This document shows, piece by piece, positions 46,901 to 58,781 of a stretch of 64,000 bases of DNA. Source of the DNA: Pelomyxa schiedti (taxonomy: Eukaryota; Protista; Evosea); assembly GCA_020536535.1 (NCBI GenBank), contig JAHLWZ010000306.1, positions 29,768 through 93,767 of the forward strand. The letters are read 5' to 3'. How positions within the stretch are numbered: position 1 is the first letter of the stretch; every line of letters starts with the position of its first letter. Position numbers and translations under genes: made by a program. Below the pieces are notes generated by a model that saw only the letters and a list, made by a program, of their open reading frames with translations, had not been told where the DNA came from and did no database searches.

Positions 46901-47832
46901 GCATCTTTCTTCTTGTGCCCTGATTTCTCCTTCCCCTTTCCCTTTTTCTTTGCACTTCCATCCTTCTTCTTGTGCTCAGTGTGCTTATCTTTCGTCCTGT
47001 GCTTCTTGTGGCCCGCAGAATGGCCCTCATCCTTTTTCTTCTTTTTGTGGGTCTTACTTCCCTCACCATCGCCGTCACCGCCACTCACGTTGGCCTTCTC
47101 CCCCGCGGCACCACCACTTTCTGCCGCATTTAGCACCTTCCCATCCCCGGCGGGCCCCGAACCTGCCTTCTCATTCTTCTCAGTCTCGGTCTCAGTCTCC
47201 TTCTCCCTCGCCCTATCCCTGCTGCCACCACTCCCCTTTGTTCCAACACGAGATTCAGTACCACTAGCACCAACAGCACTATCACTTCCGCCGCCGGCCT
47301 CGCTCTTATCGTCCTTGTTCTTCTTGCTCGCGGCCTTTGGCGCCGGAACGGGCGTCGTCGACGTGGCGGCTGCAGTTGCTTTGGCAGCAGCAGCAGCGGG
47401 TTTTTTCCCAATCTTGTCAACATCCTTGCTCTTCGCGGCGGCGCCCTCGCCGTCGTCGTTGTGTGTTGTCGCGATCTCGTCGGCCGCGACCCTGGGTCTT
47501 TTGCGGCCGGCCTCTTTGGCCTCAATCTCGCCCTTGCTGGTCGCCGTCGCAGCAGTCGAGGACTTGGAGGCCGTGGTAGTCGTGGTGGTCGTGGTCGTTG
47601 TGCTGGTCGCAGGCCTCCCATCATTGCGTTTCGGAGGGAGTGGCCCTTGCCCCTCCTCTCCCACTCCCAGGACTACTTCGTCGTCGTCGAGATAGCTGTG
47701 GGTCCTCACAGCGGCTGATGATCTTTCGTCCGATTTGGCAGTGGTTGTAGACTTGTGGCCGGAAGTAGACGACGTTGGTTGTGGTTGGCTGGGCTTGCTC
47801 TTGGTCCCTTTGTCTTTGGACGTGTCCGGCAT
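40945..47832 (-). CDS. FANCI: Fanconi anemia group I protein with a long Lys/Ala/Thr-rich N-terminal extension
   Basis: Motifs KEQIIGHICEMKWP..CQVMRDINLS, QPLLRVSPPLLDATVIVLKKALFSK, GFLAILRN, LEILG, HLPQLVFAMETYE..ARDFKID. A 50-nt intron at 46564-46613 joins the K-rich ORF in frame. Confidence 0.85.
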
Positions 47833-47982
47833 TTGTTGGCGTACCGTCAAATAAGCCTTGAGGAGATTATTTCGGCGAAATGATAGAAATTCGGTCCGAT
47901 CTGATAAAGAAGCAAGGCTTTGCCCTCAAACAACCGGGGAGGGGATACAATAAGCTGCTTGGTTTGTTTAATTTGTTTATTG

Positions 47983-50245
47983 TTACAACTTATTTGCAGT
48001 TTTTTCGGGCTTGTTCCAGTACTCGGACCACCAGTGCCAAATTTTTTCTTCCTCACAGAAGTCCCAAAGGTCCTGCGATCTCATTCCCAGTCTGTTGCAG
48101 GCGTGCATGAAGTGGTAGGGTGAGGAAACAACCACCCGCATGAAGTTTTTGGTCTCTCTGATCACTTGCACTGTTATCCCTGGAAACTGCTTCAGCAACA
48201 TCTTCCACGTTGGTAGGCTGACAGTATGCCAGCTCAAGAAATCTGACATGTTCAGTACCTTTGGTTTTTTTTAGTTTGAGAAAAGGTGTGGTTTGCTAAA
48301 TTTAACCTGGTCCTGTGTGACTCCAAATTTTTTTATCAACCATCGGGCACACTGTGTCTTGGACCTTGTTATCAATGCACCCAGTATTACATTGCAGCCT
48401 GCAGTGACTTGTTCTGCTGTCAGACTGTAACTGTCAATCAGCCACCTGAAAACTTTACTTGACACCATGAAATCCGAAGCCAGGAAATAGCCAGAGCACA
48501 CGGCTAAAAGGCCTTTTGCTATCTCTGCCTGTGAGAATTGTCCAATTGAAGCCATCTCTTTCGCGGAGGAGAGGTCCGCTTTTGGAATAGCATGAAGAAC
48601 TGCCTTCCACATTTTTTCTCTGTTTTTCTCGCGCATTCCTGCTCGTGAAAGGCGAAATTTCTTGAGTAAAAACAGGCCGGCACTGATTTTAGGCTGAGGC
48701 ATGACTTTCAGGTATCCTCGCACTGTATTGATCACTTCCTGTTCCTCAACAAACTCAGGTGGAATCCGTTGGAAGTACCACTTGAGAGCATCAACTCCCT
48801 CACGGAAACGTGCAGGGGGCCTGCAACACTCGGACAGTCGTAGAGAATGCACAATGTCCGATTTTGGTGTACTGTACAACGCTTCTAAGAAGTCGGCCAC
48901 TGCAGTATTGTCCGCTCGCAGTGCATACTCGAAAGACTCTTCAATGACTCGTGGGGGCAAGTTATTGAACCTCTTCAGCATCAACTTGACTACACTAACA
49001 CTGTCTTTCATGTTCTGGACGACCATACGCATACATTCCAGGGATGGTAGAGGAATACCGAGATTATCTGCAAGCCACTCTGCAAGTTTTGCATCACAAA
49101 GTGTGTAGAATGCCTGACTCATAGCATCTGCCGGTGAAACTAGACCATTCTGCAGCAACCACATCAGTGGTTTTCTTGATCTCGTGTTAACATCATGCAA
49201 GATCATTCCTGGCAACTGTTGTGAAAACCACTCACAACCTTCAATATGCTCCTCGGCCGTCCTCTTGCTGACCAAGAACTTTTTGAGGGTTGAGGCCTCA
49301 AAATTTCCATGGAGCATGCCAAAGCACCACTTGATCATGGCTAGCCCGCCCACTGCTGCATTACGATACACTGGAAAAAGGTTTGGGCTCGATGCAATGA
49401 ACTTCAAGTCCAAACTGGTTTCCAGTGTAGCAATCCACTTGGTAACTCTAATGTGGCCCCCTTTGACTGCAGCAAGAAATGGCTCACAGAGCTCCCAGTC
49501 TTGCAAATAAAACCTCTTAACAATCCATTTTGCCACTTCCAGGTGCCCTGATCTGCACGCTTTGGTCATAGCCAATGAACCCCAAGTCCACGAGACATCA
49601 TCCTCAGGAACGGAGAGCAGACCACAGTCCTTTGTCCACATTCTTGCGTGTTTAACCGAAACAGATTTAGCAGCAGCAGCTCCAATGGGCTTATCCACAA
49701 AGCTCCTTGCGGTTTTCAAGTGCCCACCAGCGCACAGGCCCACAAACACAGCCGCGCACTCCTTTCCAACGTTCCTCGATTTCCTGTGCTTCAGTATCCA
49801 TGTCACACACCTCCCCCTGTCACTGTCACCTCCCCCAGCGGTGGCCGCACATTCCAGTGCGAAGTATGTCGACCTGTACACCCGCAAGCTCTTCCCCGCA
49901 TTCTTTGCTGCCAGCACAACTCCGCACACCTTTGCCACAATTGGGAACATCGCCTCGGCACAGGACATCAGCTGTATGCACTTTTTCCTGGAAAGGCGTT
50001 TCCCGCTTCTCGCCGTGATCCACAGCGGCAAGATAACGTTGTCCCACACAAGGCGCGAAATTCGCAGCACGCGTTGGGCCTCTGCTGACGTCGAACGTCG
50101 GGGCGCCACTACCTGCGCACATGGATAAGTCAAAGCAGGGGAAAAGCAAAAGCAAAAGCGAAACCTCATTTTTTCGACTTGCGCAGCCACGTCGTTGAAG
50201 GGAGGCAGGAACTTTTTTCCCTGCTAGGATGAGCTCAGCCAACAT
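47983..50245 (-). CDS. Lineage-specific ankyrin-like repeat protein (2 introns)
   Basis: A 639-codon central exon carries degenerate ankyrin motifs (GLCAGGHLKTA, KACRSGHLEVAKWIV, AAVKGGHIRVTKW). It splices QDQ|VLNMSDF into ORF 47983-48249. Confidence 0.7.
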
Positions 50246-50412
50246 CGTGATAATAACCAAAACAAACCTTTTTTTTGTAGTAGGTGGTCTTATAAGCACC
50301 GAGCTACCAAGTTAGTCGGCTGTTTCGGTGGCCACCGCAGCGATTTTGCGAGCTAGCTTGCACTCGTACAAAAAAAAGTTCTGCGAACTCGTTGATCAAA
50401 AAGCCAGGCAGA

Positions 50413-51751
50413 ATGCGGAAGTGGCCGGTGGTTGCTGTTGTCGTTGTGGCTGGTTTTGTTGCGATATGGTGGGACCTAGATCTAAATGGTAGAAGTGACG
50501 GTTATACGGCCGGGGATCTGCCGCCCGGCTGGGGGCTGGACGACATCGCGTCGTGCAGCATTAGTTTTTCAATTCTGTCTCTCAATACGTTTTTGGTGCC
50601 ATGGTGCACACAAATTGCCGCTGTTTACAAGTACGACCACTTTTAAATTTCTACAACATAAGCTGTGGCTCTCCTTAAAACACAAAAAAAAACCCTAGGT
50701 GGATGCCGTTTTTGCGAACACCAACTTGTACCAGGGAGACAGAGAGGGCAGACAAAATCACAGACCTAGTATCTACTTTTCAACCTGACTGTATACTCTC
50801 CTTTGACATTATTTTATGCTCATTTGTTCAAAAATAGTCATTTCTCTGCAAGAAGTATGGGGTAATACTGAGATTCTGCAAGAGGGACTAGTGAGTGCTG
50901 GGTATAATATTGTTCCTGACTACCAATCTTGGGGAAGTACTCTTAAAGACGCTATTAAACGCCGTTGGCTCGCACTGGGAGGATTATTTTTGTCTTACAA
51001 GCCAGGTGACTCATGTTCTGTTTAAAAGTATCAGCGGGCCTTATTTTCCACCTATGATTACACAAATGACACAGGCTGGGAAGTTATCTGGACTCGGCGC
51101 GAACAATTCAAATCCTCCGGCACCTGGTCAGCCAAGGGTGTAACGGCCGCGCTCTATACTGACACTCATGTATGGATTATGACAATCAATACTCACCTTG
51201 ACACTGAGGGACACCCCGAAAACCAAATAGAACAAATCCACGAATTATTCCTTTTTGTAAATTCATCAGTATATGAGGTAAGAAGCATTTTACTAAAATC
51301 TGGTTACCCACACAAAAAGGTACTGGATAAAAAGTTCTTTGGATTTCCGTTTCAAATGGTGGTTTTGATTACTGGGGATTTCAATATGAAGCCACACTCA
51401 ACTTCATACGAAGCATTTCTATCCACATTCGCAACAATGGAGCCTATTGATATTCACCACCTTCAGTATGGGCCCATTGTTGCCAATGCCGACTACACAT
51501 ACTCTTCCAACAACTCCATGGCCACATTTTACCCCGATTCTCCTGAACCTGTAGCACATGATTTCGGGATTGGAGCACCAGATGGCTCTGGCAGGATTGA
51601 CTACATTTGGATGTTGAAATCTGTGTCATCCCGCAAACCACAGCCCCTATGTCGCCCCACATGCCGACAATTCGAGGTTCTGCGGCAACCTAGAGGACAT
51701 GAACTGAGTGACCACTGGGGTCTATTGGCCCGCTTCGAGTTTTGGTGGTGA
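50413..51751 (+). CDS. Endonuclease/exonuclease/phosphatase (EEP) family hydrolase, sphingomyelinase-like, with an N-terminal membrane anchor
   Basis: Motifs ISLQEVW, SAKG, INTHLD, TGDFN, RIDYIW, LSDHWGL. Hydrophobic N-terminus. Confidence 0.8.
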
Positions 51752-51800
51752 GCATTGTACCTTGGGTTCAAAAACAAACAAGGCTGCTTTTTTTTTTACC

Positions 51801-52922
51801 TCAAAAATTAAACACATAGTCCTTGTTGAATTTGCCTCCTTCATGTGGATACCCAACCTTTTTTTGTTGTTAAAAGTCGTAGGTGAAGGGGAATAAATAC
51901 CTGATTGGACATGCATAGAATTCCGTTTACGTTATCTGTTCTGGAATAATGTGTGTGTCCATAGAACCAGGCTACAACTGGAGGCGCAAACATAGATCGT
52001 AGGTCAGTCTCAAACGCGGGATTCAGAGGACTGCCGGGAAACATTGGGTTTGCATCCGGAATCGGAGCGTGGTGTGTCAGCACAACGACTTGCTTTGATT
52101 CCGATTTGGCCATTTCAATTTGCTGGGTTAGCCACTCTCTTGATTGTCTGTGCCACTCGTTGGTATCGGCTATTTGGAGCTTAGGGAGGTATGTGAGAAT
52201 GGATACTATGGCGAGCAATGGGATGGTACCATGCGGCAACCCTTAACGGGATCGGCCACTCTGATCTGAGAATAGTCGTTCAGGCCGCCTTTTACAGCTG
52301 CTTCCTGATGTGGAGCAACATAAGACCACAGTGCGCAACCCAGAATTCGATAATTTGTATCTGGAACGTCAAATCTCCCATTCTCCAAAATAGTGACATT
52401 GCGTGGAAGAAATGCACCAAGTCTGGCCATTCCTTCACTCACAATCGAGCCATAAAACTAATAGATAATGCGGGGAAAAAAAAAGGTTAGTAAATGTCGT
52501 CTTCATTCCTATATTATATTAGGGTGTTGGCTTTATTTCCACGTTGTCATTAAGAACAACAAGATGTGGATTACAATAAACATAGAAATAAGGAAAACCT
52601 CGTGGTTGCCATAGAGCAAAAAAACCCGTTCGAATTTGGAGCTTGCGCGAGATACGAGGTCTATGTAAGAACCAAAGGCGGACTGAGTGAGCAACCCAGT
52701 GTCACCCAACAAGCACAAATAACGACCAACGGGCTCAATGTCATACCGCCCTCCTCGGAATTCCTGTTATGGGTTGGGTTCGTTGTCGGTGTCAAACTGT
52801 GTCCATGACGGTCACTAACAACACAGGCCAGTACTGACTCATCATCACACATGATGTGTCAACCCACTCACCAAATGAATGTCCGACACGATTTGAAGCC
52901 CATTCCGTCGGGTGTCTGCCAT
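51801..52922 (-). CDS. Calcineurin-like metallophosphoesterase
   Basis: Motifs QIVSDIHL|E, LLGDTG, YGNHE, VLTHHAP, WFYGHTH, SNQ|VGYPHE. Confidence 0.88.
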
Positions 52923-53023
52923 TCGCTACTTTTTGTTTTCTCAAGTTGAGAATTTCTCGTTTCTTGGAATGACTAGGCTAGAGGAAACAAGTAAAAACAA
53001 CACCAAGTAAAACGCAATCTCAA

Positions 53024-53770
53024 TCAAAATAGACAAAGAACCCTACTTCTTAATGGTTGTAATGCAAACAAGATGAGATTCAGCCAACTATTTATTGTCT
53101 GCCAACAATGGAATATACTCAGCCTGTTGCTGCCTGAAAATAGTTCTGCAGGCCACAAGAGAACAGATGAATGACGCCACTGCACAAGGTACCTTGTTTG
53201 AGTGTTAATCAACGGCAGTACGGATTAGCTACGTACACAAAATAGAATGACTGCAACAAGTGCCAGTACATAGAACACCGGTTTCACATCGAATGAGAAG
53301 TATGTTGCGGTAACAAATCCCTTTGAAGGTGCACTGATAGCTCCAGAGTCTATTACACCAACCACATTTACTGCAACGGCACAGCAAACAGTGACCACAA
53401 CCAGAGCAAAGTACTATGGTAAGGATTAGGGGAAGAAAAACTGAACTAAATCATGTAGTAGTAGCAAATGGCAATGCCTATGTAGCGAATAATAACACTT
53501 ACAACTGCAACCAAAGCTGTTACTTGCTCCCTGCACAGGGTGGCCAATATAATGCCATAGACTCCAACTGCACAGAACATTCCGCCAACAAACGTAGACA
53601 ATAAACCAGTCTCAACTCCCACACACACCATGTACAGAACTCCCCAACCCTGTGAATACACATTAGTTACTATTAACTTTGCACTGAATTAAGTTACATA
53701 CCACCAACGAAAAGGCAAACAAGAACAACAACAGAGTTCCTCGACGTGTTCGTTTGTTGTTGAGCACCAT
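53024..53770 (-). CDS. Small multi-pass membrane protein (3' end uncertain)
   Basis: Hydrophobic exons LLLFLFAFSLV|GWGVLYMV, FVGGMFCAVGVYGIILA, and YFALVVVTVCCAVAV. Confidence 0.35.
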
Positions 53771-54005
53771 TTTATTGTAATATTGACCCACAATATGACC
53801 ACACATGTTTCTTTGCCTCTCTCAGAATGAGTCACTCCTCGGGCAACAAAAATCCGCAATCGCGTCCGTCCATCGTTGTGGCGCGCTTAACAAAAGCACC
53901 AACTTGGCGAATGTGGGGTTTTTTGTTTTGAATTGTTTTTGAAACACAGAATGAGCTCAAAGGATGTACCACCCACAAGGTGGCTCATTGGGTTTTTTAA
54001 ATAAG

Positions 54006-56390
54006 TTACTTGGGGTACATCTTCACAAATACAACCCCGTGTGCTGGGACATCAGAGGTGAACGAGTCAGTGTAATATCCCAGGTTTGTTTGGGCCCACA
54101 GGTCGCGCACCAGCACTGTGCCGCTCATTCCAAAGGTGCTGAAGTACGCTGTAATGGATGCTGTGAAGGGCCTGTTTAGGGGCTAGGTTAGTTCGGGTAT
54201 TGGATTGGATTGGGTTAGGTTGGGTTCGAATCGGTTGTAGTGGGCTTGGGTTGTATGATTGTCGAAAACAGTGGGCACTTACTTGCGGTTGAAGAGAAGA
54301 ACGGCAGTGGTGCCATCGGAAAGAGCTCCGGCCCACACTTCTGTAGGATCCGAGGAGCCATCGGAGATTGTAAGGCACTTGCCCTCGCTTTGGATGGTAC
54401 CATCGGATTCGACTGTCCACTGCTGGTTAGCACCTCCGTTGCAAGTCCTTTTGGAAGGAATGAACCACTGGGAGACTTGGCTTAAAATCGGACACACCAC
54501 ATCTCCACCTTCGGGCCAGAGAAATCGTACACATCAAGACACATATTGTCCATTCCACTCATCATGCTTTTGATTGGTCCACCACTCACGACTGTCCATT
54601 GCTTTTTTTTTTGGTAATGTGGGATAAAGGATAAGCACGTCAAAAGAGTGAAACCTGATTCTTGGACTCCTCGCACGATGCGGTATTACCAATGTGACAA
54701 TCATACACCTTGAGAAAATGAGGGAAAGAAGTTAGGTAATGGTAATACCTCCACTTGAGTTCCATCAGTCTTCTCACAGTCGTAGACGTCAAGGCACTGC
54801 CCTGTCATTCCACTGCGGATGGAGTAGTCCGAATTGACCTATGAACAAATCAGAAAAAGAAAAGTAGGGCAGAAGCATTACAGTCCATTGTTGCTCAGCA
54901 GATCCAACACAATCAGAAAGGATTACATTGTAAGTCGTGGCTCTGTCGAGTGGGTGAATGATTGTAGCTTAGAAAAGAAACGACATACGAGGGGGATACT
55001 GAATACGACGCAACTTTCGCACCTTGAACTCCCAGAGGGTCTTGACTGTTCATTTGAAATGAATATAAGAGTTGAAGAGAATGGGTTGCGTACTTTATGG
55101 CGATAACTTCACTTGCCATCAAAATAGACTTAGTTTCAGCACTCATTGAAGTAATGTCACATCCAATGAGAAGAGGTGCTTTAGCAAGGCACCATAGTGA
55201 GAAATGACTCTTGTATTCATCGAAAGTCATGCCACCATTTCCGATTTCCAACATATCTAATGGGGTCACACTAACGAAAGTTGTTTGAGACCGGACCTGG
55301 GTCATTCCAGCCACCTGGGGCAGCATACTGGGCCCATTGATCATTATATTCAATGATCTCGAGCATACTATTTTCCTTTTAGCAAGGATTTGGAGTAGGA
55401 TGTAAACCTGTCCCATGAGTCGCTTATATCACCGGTTGTGCGCCAGCTGTTTCCTACATCTGCAGCCCATGTTGCTGGGTCCTCCACACCCCACTCACAC
55501 ATGCTGAAGAAAATTGATCTGCCCGAGGCCAGAAGGGCATCTCTCATAACGGGATAGCGCTCCTTCATGCATAAGTGTATTAGCCGAAACCATACAAACG
55601 TGCCTTTGGGTCTGATCCATCTGTATTGCAGTTGTCGTACTAACACCAATGAGACACAAGAAATTAGTGATAGGTTTCTAACCTTGAGGTAGTCAACACC
55701 CCAGGCAGCATCTGAAATTTAAAATTAGGATGATTGGAAAAAAGTAGGAGTCACATGTGTCCGCATCAACGGTTTCATAGCCAAGAGACCCAGGCCGCCC
55801 AGCACATGTGTAGTACCCAGCATCACTGTACAGTCCAAACATCAGGCCTTTTGAGTGTGCATACTCCACAAGTGGCTTTGATAATATGTAAAAAAAAGTA
55901 CATGTATAAATAGTGATACCTGAATTCCATTAGGGAATGTAGTTCTATCTGGAATAATTGTCCCATTTGCATAACGGGCCTCTTGCCAACCTGTTGTAGA
56001 ATTAGTGTCAAATAAGGCAAGAAAAGGAGGATACAATCATCTAGGTTAACATATTTCTGGGTATCAAGGAACGAAAAAAACAATAAAGAAAGAAAGCACA
56101 GTTAGGTCATGGAAGTTATTGCATGTTGCTCACGTATCCAGCAGCAAGTAAACCACTTGACACCATAGCATCAATGGTATCATAAACAAGTGTTTCATTG
56201 ATTCCACACCAAAAGTGGTTCTAAAGCATTAAACAAGTTAGCAGCCCAAAAAAAAAAAAAAAGAAAAGGAAAAAAAACAAACCCAAGTGTTGAAACCCAT
56301 CTGTGGGGTTTTGGCCAGCCCATTGTCCAGTGCTGCCACTTCGTACACAAACACCAACAGACACACCGAAAACAAAACAGACGTCTTCAT
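54006..56390 (-). CDS. GH27 alpha-galactosidase with an inserted ricin-B (CBM13) lectin domain, secreted
   Basis: Signal peptide, then [26 protein letters not shown]|[23 protein letters not shown]|[23 protein letters not shown]. QxW lectin repeats (CLDVY..QQW) follow, then AVLLFNR..VRDLW..HGVV. Confidence 0.92.
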
Positions 56391-56515
56391 CTGCTGGATC
56401 TTCTGTTTTTTTCGTTTTATCGCGTTTTAGACGGTGTTACGCAAACGTAAATGTCAGTAATTTCCAAAGATGGTCTAACAGATACAGAACGAACTGCCAC
56501 TGGAAGTAGAACTGG

Positions 56516-58500
56516 ATGGATGAGGTCTTAAGACCTCTCCCATCTTTGCTCAGTTTCTTTCTTGACTCCAATCTTTATAGCTATCTATTTATCATTCTTG
56601 ACCTATATCTTGTGATTCTAGCTTCCTGCATCTTTTTGTTTTGTTGGGCAACTTTTTTGGCAGTGCCACTGTCAACAATTGTGGGGTTTCACCCAGTGAC
56701 CAATCACAGTTGAGGTCACCCCAACCTGGAACCAGACACTCTTGGCTCCTACCACACACAACAATACCATCACTCCATGCATGAATCACAACACAATAAA
56801 GAGACTTAAGAGAATCCCGAATCCCTTTTGTACTATCAGTTCATAGTCCTGCAGGGTACACCACCCCCTTCATCCCTACACAATAGGGATGAGTTGAGCC
56901 TGCTTAGAAGTGAATTCTCAAAGTCCCTTGGCATCAACTTCTATTTGAGGGGAGTAGTGGAAGACCATCAGGAGTCGTTGCTCATGGACACAAGTCCTCC
57001 AAGATTGTGAACTACATACAGCCTCTCCACATAAGAACTGATTTATCAATTTAAAGACTTATTGGAGAACCTTAGAAGCATGAGTGCCACTATCATCAGA
57101 AGAGACTTTGAGGTTGTGCTTATTTCCAACTGGAGTTCAGGTAGTGAATCCAAGTCAATTCTCATGGTGCTATAACTCCCTCAAAGTCATTAACTTCTGT
57201 ACACAGTATGCCTCAACCAGACAGTACATGAGAATCAACTGACCTCCCCAAAGCAACATAAGATGGGGGGCCAGAATCCACAATGGTTTGTCCTTCCAGA
57301 GTGCACAGAATTCACTGTGCTTGGAACAAATGTACACCAACAACCACCAGTGGTATGGTTTCCCGTAATGACTCGAGTCGGGAGCTGATCACAATGGTTG
57401 TCTCTGGCTCTGAGATCCAAGCAATCATTCTCAAAACCTATCTTAAGGCAGAATCCGATCTCCTTCTAGTGAATTTTCGGATTTCGTCGAAGAAATGACC
57501 TGTAGTGCTGTGCGTTATCTGTGCCACTCGGATGTCCGCGAGTTTGTCCAATGCCAAACTAGAGCAAGTCATGGTGTCCAACACTCGTAAAGATGGGACC
57601 TCTGTAGATCCAAGGGCCACTGTGTCCAGTTCTGTTCTTTAGAAAACAAAAACAAAACCAAAATAATATTTCCTTGCTTGTTTTTGACACTTTGTAAAGT
57701 GGCCAACTTCAACATTACAAGACTTCCTGATAATTTGCAGAGGTTCCACTGGGTCGTTAGCCTCGATGGTAAATCAAACTATCTCGCTATAGTGCTAAAA
57801 TAGTACACAGTACAGGATAATTTTCTGACCTGCATTCCTGATGGCATAGGATGCTTGGTCAATGTACAAACAATTATCAGTGTGTCCGTAATCTTTCGTG
57901 CATTATCACTGATTTCTGACCTTGCCTCAGTGTCCTGCAATCGTATTAGACAGATATCCCCGGATATCGGGCAACTGACGCGGTTACGAGAGCTTTGGTG
58001 TAAGTATTTCCTTATCGTTTACTTGTTAACATTAATTCCAAAAAAGTGCATGACAACGAGGTTGTCAGCGTACCTGAGAGCATCAGTCGCCTAAGATATT
58101 TGAAATTCCTCGATTGTACCTTCTCTCTTGCAGCTAAAGAACCCTTCTAACGTGGTGTTTTAGTGGACAACAATCGGCTGCAGAGATTACCCAACGGGTT
58201 ATGCTGTTTGGAATCTCTCCAGGGTCTCTTTTGTACGACTAAAAACAATCGAAATTAAACTTACCTCCTTGAAAGTAAGAGGAAACCGCATCAGGCAACT
58301 TCCATCAGGACTTGGCTTTCTCCCCAACATACGCAGCCTTCAAAGTACGCAGATTTCATTCCAATTGTTCTCCCACTTATGCAACAGTTTCCGGCAATTT
58401 GCTACCTCCTAGACTCATGGCCCTCCCAACCCGGTCTTTACTCCTGACCTTACAGTCATCTTCTTCCATTGTAACCATAGTACGTCGCGATCCCTCTCCC
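56516..58500 (+). CDS. Leucine-rich repeat protein (5' exon structure unresolved)
   Basis: Six consecutive 23-aa LRRs (e.g. VSCNRIRQISPDIGQLTRLRELW), each on its own 69-nt exon, at 57700-58344. Confidence 0.7.
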
Positions 58501-58781
58501 CCGTGAAGCCAACTAACAAAAAAATAACCAACCAAACAGATGGTTGCCTGGAAGAGAAGACGGCCTGCTATCTGCCGCGTCAGCGTTCTTCCCCTCTACA
58601 TTTGGCAACACATATTCGACCTACTCTGGGATTTGCCCCACCTCCACAACCTACACCCCTAGACCACAAGGGCCACATCAACATGTGCCCTTCTTCTTTT
58701 TCAGTCACTTTGACCCTTCTTCTCACGGAGATCACCGAGTTTATTTTTCAAGAACGAAAAGTAAAATAAAAAGAAGACGAA

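Noticed and set aside
46736-47718. Long plus-strand ORFs (319 aa etc.), and similar ones at 21152-21691, 29760-30389, 33563-34186 and 40021-41027
   Set aside because: These are antisense shadows of GC-rich low-complexity coding exons.
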